Shown here in pieces: positions 1-8,760 of a stretch of DNA of 64,000 bases. The DNA lies in NCBI GenBank assembly GCA_000092065.1, contig CP000600.1. One strand, 5' to 3'. The stretch is from Ostreococcus lucimarinus (Eukaryota). Each line of letters begins with the position of its first letter. The first letter of the stretch is position 1. The position numbers and the translations under genes are program-made. Under the pieces are notes generated by a model, which was given only the letters and a program-made list of their open reading frames with translations, ran no database searches and had not been told where the DNA came from.

Positions 1-170
1 TTTTCTGCGCGCGCTCAAGTCTCGCGCGTCGTTCTCACGCGCGCGCGCGCTCGGGAAGGCTTGGATTGGAGACTCTCGTCGGTTCGCGTCGCCGAAGTCG
101 CGACGACGAGCGAGCGTCGACGTCGATCGAACGGTTTTCGCCGCGCCGCGCCGCGCGCGAGGTCACGAAG

Positions 171-1547
171 ATGTCTCGAGATGATCGAGATTTGAATTCG
201 TCGCGCGCGAACCGCGCGTTGCGCGCGCGTGAGGAGGCGGTCGTGAAACGTTGGAAGTCGCCGGATCGCGCGCCGCCGGCGCGCGCGGCGGCGGCGCTTC
301 GAACGCTGCGACCGATCCCGTTTCGCCCGTTCGGCGCGATGTCGTTTTGCGATAAGGCATTCTCGTGCGCGTGGCTCGCGGATGATCTGGCGTTGATCGG
401 GACGAAGGATAATCGGTTGTTTGAGTTGGAGATCGATCGACGAGGGCGTCGAGACGCGTGGCGCGAGATCGAACTCGGAAGGGAGGACGCGTACACGAGG
501 AACCGGGCGATGGAGATCGCCGCGCAATGGGTGAGCCGACACACGCCGCAGGCGTTACGAGCGATCAACGTTTCTCCGCCGTTCTTGGCCGGTCCCTATG
601 GGCACGGCGCGGTTCGCGCCGCCGCTTCGAGACGGGGCGGCGCCCACGCGTGTTCGGTGAGCTCGACTCGAGAGCACATCGTGTGTAGCGGTGGTCCATC
701 ACACAACATCGTTGGGTTCCGTCGAGACGAGGAGACGGAATGTCTCGTGCCTAGAATGGCATTTTCTGGGCACGACGACGTCGTGTTCGACGTTGGCTTC
801 ATCGGACGAGACGCGATGGCGTCGGCGTCGCGCGACTGCACGGTGAAAGTCTGGCAGCTTCCTAAGAGTCCTAGCTACGACGAGATAAGAATCACTCCAA
901 GTGGTTCGGTGCACCCGATCGGAGAGTGCACGCAGAACGAACGCGTGCGTGGCGTCAAGGTTGTTGATCGATGTCCCGCTCGTCATCTTGCGACGTGCAC
1001 GTCGAGCGGACACGTACTTCAGCTCGACGCAGAGACGCTTTCGCTCGTACACAGTGGATATCAGTGTCGAGGATATCTCGAAACTTGCTGCCTCGCCACC
1101 GATGGCCAAATCGTCGCCGTCGGTTCTCGCACGCACATTGGTTTCGTGGACTTTCGATCAAAAAACTTTTACGCCTCCGTAGCGCTACCATACGGCGATA
1201 CCAACAGCACGCGCAGTCTTAGTTTCCATGAGGGCGGCAATCTACTCACAATTGGCGGCGGTCGAGGATTGATTTCGTTTTACGACGTTCGCATGCGAAA
1301 ATATCTCGTCGATAACGGTCGAGGTCGGGTGCGCCAGCTCTTCAACAACCAATATTGCGTCCCCTTTGCAGACAACGGGATCTTCGAGGATGAGCACGAT
1401 GACGACTTTTACGACATTGAGATTCGCGATTACTGTTTGCCAGCAATCTTTGCGCATCAGTGGGACCCGAGTGGAACACGTTTGCTCTGCGCCGGTGGGC
1501 CGCTTCAGTCGATGCTACACGGCTTCTTTGTGGGCGTGTGGAGTTAG
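171..1547 (+). CDS. DCAF12: DCAF12-like WD40-repeat protein (DDB1/CUL4-associated factor 12 homologue). Start is ambiguous: ATG at 171 or at ~339.
   Basis: ORF 66..1547 (ttg at 66, so not a true start). C-terminus 'HQWDPSGTRLLCAGGPLQSMLHGFFVGVWS' matches the DCAF12 C-terminal signature '[26 protein letters not shown]'. 'GLISFYDVRMRKYL' matches 'SLLFYDIRAQRFL'. N-terminal 'FSCAWLADDLALIGTKDNRLFELEI' matches '[25 protein letters not shown]'. WD repeat 'SRDCTVKVWQL'. Confidence 0.6.
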   Translation: MSRDDRDLNSSRANRALRAREEAVVKRWKSPDRAPPARAAAALRTLRPIPFRPFGAMSFCDKAFSCAWLADDLALIGTKDNRLFELEIDRRGRRDAWREIELGREDAYTRNRAMEIAAQWVSRHTPQALRAINVSPPFLAGPYGHGAVRAAASRRGGAHACSVSSTREHIVCSGGPSHNIVGFRRDEETECLVPRMAFSGHDDVVFDVGFIGRDAMASASRDCTVKVWQLPKSPSYDEIRITPSGSVHPIGECTQNERVRGVKVVDRCPARHLATCTSSGHVLQLDAETLSLVHSGYQCRGYLETCCLATDGQIVAVGSRTHIGFVDFRSKNFYASVALPYGDTNSTRSLSFHEGGNLLTIGGGRGLISFYDVRMRKYLVDNGRGRVRQLFNNQYCVPFADNGIFEDEHDDDFYDIEIRDYCLPAIFAHQWDPSGTRLLCAGGPLQSMLHGFFVGVWS

Positions 1548-1566
1548 TTGCTCCAGATGTCGACGC

Positions 1567-2271
1567 ATGTCGTCCCGACGGCACGCCATCTCACCCGTGC
1601 GGCGTAATGGAGATCAGGCGACGTCTCGAACCGCGGTCGGCTCGAGCGAATCGACGTCGTGCCCCGTGTGCGGCGTCGACTTGAATGGTGTCTCGTTCGA
1701 TGCGCGCTCGCGCCACGCAGCCACGTGCGCCGAGACGCTCTCACAGCTCGACCACGTCACGCAAGAGGACGGCAACGACGAATTTGACGATGATTTGATC
1801 GCGCTCGTGGACGAGATTGACCGGAAACGAGAGTTGGAAGCGGCGAAAAAGGCGTCTCGAGCCACAACGTCGGGCTCAGCGTCGGCGATTCAGGATGGAG
1901 AAACCGTCGAGCGTTGGCTCCATCGCATTGGTTACGCGCCGTACTACCATCCTTTGTACGTCAAGGAAGAATTGCTCGACGTAGAAATCGCAAAGGAGTG
2001 TTCAGCGATGGATTTGATGTCCGTTGGCGTTGACGCAGAAGATGCAAGAGCGTTGGCGCACTGCGGCGGCGCGCCGCCGGACACCATCGCGAACGTCCCA
2101 CAAACGACAACCGTCCCGCGCACGCGATCAGCGATGCAACGTGCACGCGAAATCGCGGTCGCGAACGACGATTCGCTGTGGGCTGTCGCTCGTGGCGCCG
2201 AAAATCGCGGCCGCGGCGAGTCGCTCCCTTCCATCGAACGCTTCACGCGCGCGAAAACGACAGAGCGTTGA
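1567..2271 (+). CDS. UBZ4 (Rad18-type C2HC) zinc-finger protein with a C-terminal SAM domain.
   Basis: In-frame ATG at 1567 inside ORF 1366..2271. 'CPVCGVDLNGVSFDARSRHAATC' fits a C-x2-C-x13-H-x3-C UBZ4 pattern. 'VERWLHRIGYAPYYHPLYVKEELLDVEIAKECSAMDLMSVGVDAEDARALAHC' fits a SAM-domain pattern (WL..IGL..Y...F...EID...L..L...DL..LGI). The start is only 20 bp downstream of the DCAF12 stop. Confidence 0.45.
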   Translation: MSSRRHAISPVRRNGDQATSRTAVGSSESTSCPVCGVDLNGVSFDARSRHAATCAETLSQLDHVTQEDGNDEFDDDLIALVDEIDRKRELEAAKKASRATTSGSASAIQDGETVERWLHRIGYAPYYHPLYVKEELLDVEIAKECSAMDLMSVGVDAEDARALAHCGGAPPDTIANVPQTTTVPRTRSAMQRAREIAVANDDSLWAVARGAENRGRGESLPSIERFTRAKTTER

Positions 2272-2428
2272 TTCACCTCCGTTGGACGTCGAAACATTCA
2301 TTCATCAGACATAGCCATAGAACTTCTTAGCGCACGCACGGCACATTGCAATCACACGATCCGAAATTCTTTCCGCGCGCGCGTCGCAGTTCTTTCGTCC
2401 CGCACTTCGCGACTCGCGAGCGGTCGCC

Positions 2429-3515
2429 ATGGCGGACGCTATGCGTGCCATGCTCGATCAGCTCATGGGCACCGAGCGCGACGTCCCTCTCGATCAACGC
2501 ACCGGCCGTTCGAGGCATTACTCGGTGCGTGCGACGCCGCGCGACCGTTGTCCCGCTCTCTTTCTGAAGATTTCTCAAGCCTTCAGTGACTGACTTTTCC
2601 GCGTGGTTCTCGACTCAGGACGCGGACGTGTGCAAATACTACATCTGTGGGTTCGACGTGACGTGTTTCAAGAACACAAAGTCCGACGCGGACGTCCTGC
2701 GGTGCGTGGGAGCGGAGGCGCAGGAAAAAGTTCGGGACGACGGCGCGCGAGAGGCGTTTCGACTCGCGCCCGAGGCTGAAAAGGCGAAATGTGGGTACGA
2801 AATGGACACGAAGATGGTGTTAGATCGGATGATTCGCGAGTGCGATCGGAGGATCGAGCGCGGGATGGTGCGAGCGAGGGCGGAGAAGGAGGAGGCGATG
2901 GTCAAGATGGCGACGAGCGCCGACGCTGATACGTTGAGGTTGTTAGAGGTGAAGATGGAGGAAAGCGCAGCGAAGGCGGAGAAATTGGGCGAGGAAGGCG
3001 ACGTCGACGGCGCCGAGGCAGAGTTGGCGCATTTAGAGACGTTTGAGCAGCGCGCGAAAGAGGTTAAGGCGAAGATGGATAGTATGGACGCGTATCGATT
3101 GACCGAGCCGTGTCCGGTGAGCGGGACGTTGTTGTGCAACACCGACACCGAGGAGCGTCGACAAGAGCATTTGATGGGTAAACAATACACTGGATGGACC
3201 CACATTCGTAAACTGCGCGACGAGCTCGCGGCGCGGTTGGCCAAGTACGAAGAGGCGGGATTCGCCATCGGTGGGCGGAGCGGCGGCGACGGGCGCGACA
3301 GAAAGCGCCGATCGCGTTCGCCCGATCGCGATCGCTCGTACAGACCGCGCGATAATCGCGACCGTGAATACGGGCGCGGTGATAGAGATACGTACCGAGG
3401 GGGTGGTGATAGGAGGTACGAGCCGTACCGCGACGACCGACGCCGGGGCGACGATCGACGTTCGTATGATCGCAGAGACGACAGGCGTAGGGACGATCGA
3501 TATAGATACTACTAA
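2429..3515 (+). CDS. LUC7: LUC7-like U1 snRNP protein; two exons, join(2429..2524, 2619..3515).
   Basis: Exon 1 'MADAMRAMLDQLMGTERDVPLDQRTGRSRHYS' matches the LUC7 N-terminus 'MDAxRAxLDxLMG'. A GTGCGT donor sits at 2525 and a ...gtgactgac...ctcag acceptor ends at 2618. Exon 2 continues 'DADVCKYYICGFDVTCFKNTKSDADVLRC', matching the LUC7 'CxFYxxxFCPHDLFxNTKSDLGPC' zinc-finger region. RS/RD-rich C-terminal tail. Confidence 0.8.
2525..2618 (+). other. Spliceosomal intron (94 nt) in LUC7.
   Basis: GTGCGT donor, 'gtgactgac' branch point 24 nt upstream of a CAG acceptor. Splicing restores a contiguous LUC7 N-terminus. Confidence 0.75.
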
Positions 3516-3545
3516 TACTTTGAGTTGACGCGTGACAATTATTTG

Positions 3546-5009
3546 CTAATGTTCTAAGCTAGCGCGCCGATGGACGTAAATCTCGGGCTTCGTCTTGACG
3601 CGCAACACAGATGGTGCGCTCTTCACGTCGACGGCCAATCCTGCGTACCCGTCCGCGACGAATGCCACCTCGTACCCTGGAACGTGCTCGTGCGCGTTGA
3701 GTAAATAATCGAACCCATGATCGGCGAAAGCACTGACGCTCAAACCCTCAGTCTTACTGTACGACCAACCCGACGACGCGCTCGCGGCTTCGCCGAAGCG
3801 GCTCACGCCCGTCATCGCCGCCGGAACGTCCACGTGTACGCTTCCAGGCCTAGGGGCGACGTTCGCGTCGTGATGGAGGCGATGAAACGCCACACCACCA
3901 GGATAATTGACCGATGACGCCGCGGTGAACACGCAGACGAGCGCGAGACTTGTGAACAAAAGACCCGCGGCGATGACTGCGACGAGCGGCCGCTTGCGCC
4001 GATTATTCCAGACGCGAGACAAAGTCGTCGCCGCGGCGACGTTGAACAGCGGTAGCGTCGGGAATATGAAGCGCAACTCCTTGTGTGGCAAAAAGCTATA
4101 CATACCAACGTAGAAGAGCGCCGCGAACATGATCGGGCGCGCGCGACGCTCGATGAAGACGGACATCAACGCCAGCGGATACGCGCACAACAAGCTCTTC
4201 GGCAGCGCCGACGAAAAGTACCAATGCCAAGGCGACGTCCCCCACTCCGAGCTCTTGTTCAAGGCGGTGTTAAAATACAACACCGCACCTTCAGGCCACA
4301 CGAGTCGTCCCCAAAACCACGAATCCACGAGCGTGGACGTCGCGATCGTCAGCAACGCGACGACCGATCCGAGCCCGACGGCGCGCGGCGCCGAAATCAA
4401 CCCGCTCGCGAGCATGTGCAATCCCATCGGTGCGAGCAACAAAACCACGTCGCATCGCAGTAAAAACGTCGCCACGGTGATATAAATCACAGCCTCGCGC
4501 ACGTCTGTCCTCTCACGCGACCGCGTGCTCCGAATCCACGCCCCGCATCCCCGAAGCGTCGCCGCGAGCGCGAAGACGTTCATCAAAGGCCGCGACGCGT
4601 AAAACCACATGTGAAACTCACACAGCGACACGATCGCCACCAACGCCCCGACGACGTCCCCGAACGCGTATTTCACGTCTCCTCTAAATTTCGCGTGCGA
4701 GCGCGCGAGCGCGACCCCTAACGCTCCCCGCGCCGCGCCTCGCGCCGCCGCCTTCGTCTCCCCCGTCCCCCGTACCGCCCTCCAGACCGCCCACGGCCCT
4801 CGCGCGAGCGCCGCGAGCGCCAACGACGCGATCGCCGTTCGCGGCACCACGCCCGGGAACGCCCTGTGGTCGTACGACGCGACGTCGAGGCCGAGAAACA
4901 TGAAATCGTGCGTCGCTTGCAGCGCAAAAGATTCTTCAACTTTGCAATACGGCGCCGTGTACGCGTGCGCGAGCGCCGTCATCGCGCACGCGACGTCGTA
5001 CGCGTCCAT
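3546..5009 (-). CDS. ALG12: ALG12-type dolichyl-P-Man alpha-1,6-mannosyltransferase (GT22 family).
   Basis: N-terminal 'YCKVEESFALQATHDFMF' matches the ALG12 motif 'YTKVEESFNLQATHD'. 'LPHKELRFIFP' is the HKE(E)RF motif of the ALG9/ALG12/PIG-B family. Multipass membrane profile. Confidence 0.8.
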   Translation of the reverse strand: MDAYDVACAMTALAHAYTAPYCKVEESFALQATHDFMFLGLDVASYDHRAFPGVVPRTAIASLALAALARGPWAVWRAVRGTGETKAAARGAARGALGVALARSHAKFRGDVKYAFGDVVGALVAIVSLCEFHMWFYASRPLMNVFALAATLRGCGAWIRSTRSRERTDVREAVIYITVATFLLRCDVVLLLAPMGLHMLASGLISAPRAVGLGSVVALLTIATSTLVDSWFWGRLVWPEGAVLYFNTALNKSSEWGTSPWHWYFSSALPKSLLCAYPLALMSVFIERRARPIMFAALFYVGMYSFLPHKELRFIFPTLPLFNVAAATTLSRVWNNRRKRPLVAVIAAGLLFTSLALVCVFTAASSVNYPGGVAFHRLHHDANVAPRPGSVHVDVPAAMTGVSRFGEAASASSGWSYSKTEGLSVSAFADHGFDYLLNAHEHVPGYEVAFVADGYAGLAVDVKSAPSVLRVKTKPEIYVHRRASLEH

Positions 5010-5165
5010 CGCGCGCGCGTCGCCGCGTCGAATCGACGCGATCGCGCGTCCGCGCGTCGCGTTTTGCGTCGAAAGTTTTCAACAGAATGCAATCCGTCAC
5101 AGCTCGACGCGGCGACGCGTCGTCGACGCGCGCGCGGACGCGCGCGCGACGGCGCGGTGGACGCG

Positions 5166-7262
5166 ATGACGGGAATCGACGTCCTGAGCTTCGCGGAACG
5201 CCTCGCGACGGACGCCGACGCCGACGCCGACGCGCCGACGCTCGAAGAAACGCTCGAACTCTGCGCGAGCGACGTGCGAGAGAAGAAACTCGTCGGCGCG
5301 CTGCTCGCGACCAAGGTGCTGGCGCGCGTCGCCGAGCGGCAGCGCGCGTCGACGTGCGATGCGATCGCGAAGGCGCTGGGCGCGAAGTTTTTGAACGCGC
5401 TGCTGAAACCGGCGGCGGCGGACGCCGACGCGGAGTCGAGACTCGACGCGACGATGCGAACGTCGCTGGGCCTGAGCGTGTGCTCGGCGCTGTGCCAGAG
5501 CGATGCGTTCGCGTCGTCGAAAACGATGGCGTTTTGGGTGCCGACGTTTGAAAAATGCGCGGGGAGAGTGGCGAGGAGCGGGTTTGAGGATTTGTGCGAC
5601 GAAGCGGCGGCGGATGCGTTGGAATGCGCGTTCGCGCACGTCATCGCGAAGAGTAAATTGGCGGAAGCGGCGAGTGCGGGCGAGGGGGAGGCTGTTGAAG
5701 TGCGCTTGCGCGTGCCCGAAGGAACGGTGTTGGCGGCGAAGGAGGCGCTGAGGGAGGGGAAGTTGTGTAAGTTGTCCGCCGTGGCGATGGACGTTTTCGA
5801 CTACTCGATGTGTAGTGAGTTCTTGAATGAGCAGTCGGTAGATTCGGTGGAGATTGTGTCGTCGTTGGAGATTTTGCCGCAAATTTGCAAGATCATGCGC
5901 GAGGCTGCCGGGTCGGAGTTGCAGCTGCGCGCGATGACGGTGTTGCACCATTTGTACACATTTTTCTTGCCTCTTCCACCAGAGGCGCCGCGCCGAGACG
6001 TGTTTCAAAGTGGCATTGAGCGCGCGAATCAGGATATTTTAGAAGCGATGTGGGTCGTCTTAAACTCGCGAACGCCTAGACTTATGCGCTTCTATGCGCT
6101 GGACATCACGGCGCTCGCATCGAATGTGGTCAACACGAAGAAGGGAGCCCCGAACGCTGACAATTTTTTACCGTGGCTCCTCGCGATTGACGCCCAGCCA
6201 CCACCGGTGGTTCTAGCGGGAGCCGTGAGTGCTGGCGCCACGAAAAAAGTTCCGAGCTTGTTGGCACTCATAGTGGAGCTAGTTCGAGTGGAGATCAGCG
6301 TCGCTTTGCACGGCCTGAGCGATGCGACAAAGGGCGTGGATGTGATGGCAGAACTCGGTTTTGGGAGCGCGATGCGCTTATACAGTGAAATCATGATCAC
6401 GATAAGTGTGATCGTATCGCAAGTTCTGAGTGAAGATGGCGAAATCACCGAGCGCGGGAAAACGCTCTTGAAGGACGAGATGGGTCGATTGAGCATTCAA
6501 GAGTTGATGCGGATCGAGGCAACGAACAGAGACATCGTGAACACCATGCTCGAGGCGTTTGAAGACACGGAGACGCGAGAGATTTTCAGCGTGGAAACTC
6601 GTCAAGGTTTGATGCAGGCGATTATGTTCAATTGGGCTGAATCTCCGTCCACTTGGCAGTCGCGATTCGCGAGGTTGATGCCGTATTGGTTTGGTGAAAT
6701 GCTCGAGCTCGACGCGCGACGCGTCGAAAGCCCGTTAGAGCTCGATGCCATAAAGATGTCGCGCACGATCGGCTTCATCCACGGTTTCATGTCGATCATC
6801 GAAGACGTCGAAGGGGTGGAGTTGTTGATTGAGAGCAAGTTCTTATCGATGTTCTCCGACGTGTACGTCGCCCATGCTTCGAAGCGAATCGACGCCGCAG
6901 AGTCGTATGAAACTTCGGTTTATTTGAGTACTTGCTTGCGCGCGATCACCGAGTCGATCGACACGCTCGCGAAAGCGACGAGTTCAGCAGACTCACCGAT
7001 CCACGCGTTACGCGCATCTTTCATCGAATCGATGGAACTGATGCACAAGCGCGTGCGCGACAGTTACCTCGAGCGCTTACCGGAATCGATGCGAGAAAAG
7101 AGCAACGTCGACGAGTACGTTGTCGGCGAAAATGGTGAACGCTTTAGCGTGGCGGAGAAGGCATACGCGGAGGAGGTACACGCCGTTTTAAAAAAGCGTG
7201 GAGTCTTCGCCGGTGACGACGCTCACCTCGACAGCGTCACGCGCGGCTTCGAGAAGCTTTAA
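5166..7262 (+). CDS. NCDN: Neurochondrin-like protein (conserved hypothetical).
   Basis: ATG at 5166 within ORF 4866..7262. The upstream part of that ORF is antisense to ALG12 and arginine-rich. N-terminal 'LEETLELCASDVREKKLVGALLATKVLARV' resembles the neurochondrin N-terminus '[30 protein letters not shown]'. Length ~698 aa. Varied, non-repetitive composition. Confidence 0.4.
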   Translation: MTGIDVLSFAERLATDADADADAPTLEETLELCASDVREKKLVGALLATKVLARVAERQRASTCDAIAKALGAKFLNALLKPAAADADAESRLDATMRTSLGLSVCSALCQSDAFASSKTMAFWVPTFEKCAGRVARSGFEDLCDEAAADALECAFAHVIAKSKLAEAASAGEGEAVEVRLRVPEGTVLAAKEALREGKLCKLSAVAMDVFDYSMCSEFLNEQSVDSVEIVSSLEILPQICKIMREAAGSELQLRAMTVLHHLYTFFLPLPPEAPRRDVFQSGIERANQDILEAMWVVLNSRTPRLMRFYALDITALASNVVNTKKGAPNADNFLPWLLAIDAQPPPVVLAGAVSAGATKKVPSLLALIVELVRVEISVALHGLSDATKGVDVMAELGFGSAMRLYSEIMITISVIVSQVLSEDGEITERGKTLLKDEMGRLSIQELMRIEATNRDIVNTMLEAFEDTETREIFSVETRQGLMQAIMFNWAESPSTWQSRFARLMPYWFGEMLELDARRVESPLELDAIKMSRTIGFIHGFMSIIEDVEGVELLIESKFLSMFSDVYVAHASKRIDAAESYETSVYLSTCLRAITESIDTLAKATSSADSPIHALRASFIESMELMHKRVRDSYLERLPESMREKSNVDEYVVGENGERFSVAEKAYAEEVHAVLKKRGVFAGDDAHLDSVTRGFEKL

Positions 7263-7400
7263 CCTCGTCGTCTGAGTTTCGTCGTTTCCATCGTTTGTTC
7301 TACAAGCGTACAACGCGTTCGTGTGGTAAGGGTAGCGTACATTTGGTTGAAAAATCCGTAAAAATCGTCATCATCGTCGTCGTCGTCGTCGGCGGCATCG

Positions 7401-7991
7401 TCAATCGGCGCCGAAGACGGGCGCGTGCGAGCCGCGCGCCGACTTCCCCTTTGGCTTCGCTCGCACGGATTTGTAAAACGCCCGCATCGCCTCCTTATCG
7501 CTCAAATCCACCGGCGCCACCACGTCCCCGACCCCGGCCGCCCGTCCACGCAGCGCCCCACTCCCCGCCAAATTCTCTTCCTTCCACCTCGCCAGCATCT
7601 CCTCTCTCTTCTTCACCTTCGCCTCCCGTCTCGCCACTTCCTCCGCCGTCGGCCCGTCCTCCGGCTTCGCCGCCAGGTACGCGTTCTTCCAGCTCTTCTT
7701 ATCCTTCGGCGCCTTCCCCGGAAACGCCGGCGCCATCCCGGGCTCGTACCACGCCTCCGCGTACCTCGGCCACCACAATTCATCGCAATCCACCATCTTC
7801 TTATACGCGCACCCTCGCCTCGAGCACGCGCACCGGTCGCTCGTCTCCGACAGCGCCCTCGCGCTCGCGTCCCGCAGCAGCTCGATCACCGACGCCTTCG
7901 TCACCGCGCCCGTGAGTTTCGGATCCAGCAGCGTCTCGAGCGGACACTCCGCGTCGACCGAGCTCGACGACGCCTCGTCGCCGCTCGACAT
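7401..7991 (-). CDS. Hypothetical protein, possibly with an F-box-like N-terminus.
   Basis: 196-aa ORF with diverse amino-acid composition. 'CPLETLL...CSRRGCAYKKMVDCDELWW' loosely fits an F-box (LPxEILxxIL...VCKxW...LW). No confident family assignment. Confidence 0.3.
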   Translation of the reverse strand: MSSGDEASSSSVDAECPLETLLDPKLTGAVTKASVIELLRDASARALSETSDRCACSRRGCAYKKMVDCDELWWPRYAEAWYEPGMAPAFPGKAPKDKKSWKNAYLAAKPEDGPTAEEVARREAKVKKREEMLARWKEENLAGSGALRGRAAGVGDVVAPVDLSDKEAMRAFYKSVRAKPKGKSARGSHAPVFGAD

Positions 7992-8760
7992 CGTCTTCGC
8001 GCGCGCTCGACGTCGTCGTCACCGCGCGCGCGTCTTCGTCCGTTCGCGCGATCCCTCGCCGTTCGTCGCGTCGCGCGGCGCGCTCGCGCGCGAAAGCGCG
8101 ATCACGCGCGCCGGATGATTTTTTCGCGTCGGTTCGCGCGCGCGAGGGCGTTCTCGCGGTCGCGCGTCGCGGTGCGCCGCGCCGAATCGTCCGTCGCGCG
8201 CGCCGCGTCGGCGGCGATCGCTCGATCGCGCGCACCGTCGAACCTTCGCTCGAGGGTCGTCGTCGCGGGTACATGCGCACATCGAGGTTCGACGCGTCGA
8301 CGCCGCGATCGATCGATCGATCGACGTCGCGATCGCGCGTCGCGCGCGTCGCACACGCGCGCGTCGTCGCGCGCGGCGGACGCGTCGTCGACGCGATCGA
8401 GCGAACGAGCGGGCGTCGAGCGCGTTCGCGCGCGCGTCGACCGCGCGACGCGTCGACGCGCGCGCGCGGCGCGTCGCGCGCGACGGAAGAGGGTCGGGAC
8501 GTCACCGCGCGATGCGCGGCGACGTCGCGGCGTCGACGTCGCGGTGCGCGCGCGCGGCGGGACGCGCGCGTGCTCGCGATGGGAATCGCGCGTCGAGCGC
8601 GTGCGCGCGGCGGTTGGGGGCGAAACGACGCGACGGGGGCGGGAAGGGAAGGGACGCGACGAGGCGACGCGCGCTCGCGGATTTCGCCGACGTCGCGGAG
8701 CGGGCGACGCGCGTCGCGTCGGATCACGACGCGCTCGGCGCGGTGTGGCGAGCGCGCGCG

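Noticed and set aside
5097-6008. 303-aa minus-strand ORF inside the neurochondrin-like gene.
   Set aside because: R/H/Q-rich repetitive translation ('RRHNLHRIYRLL...RRRFQQRVQKLRAQRLRDR'). It is antisense to an ORF with normal composition and N-terminal neurochondrin similarity.
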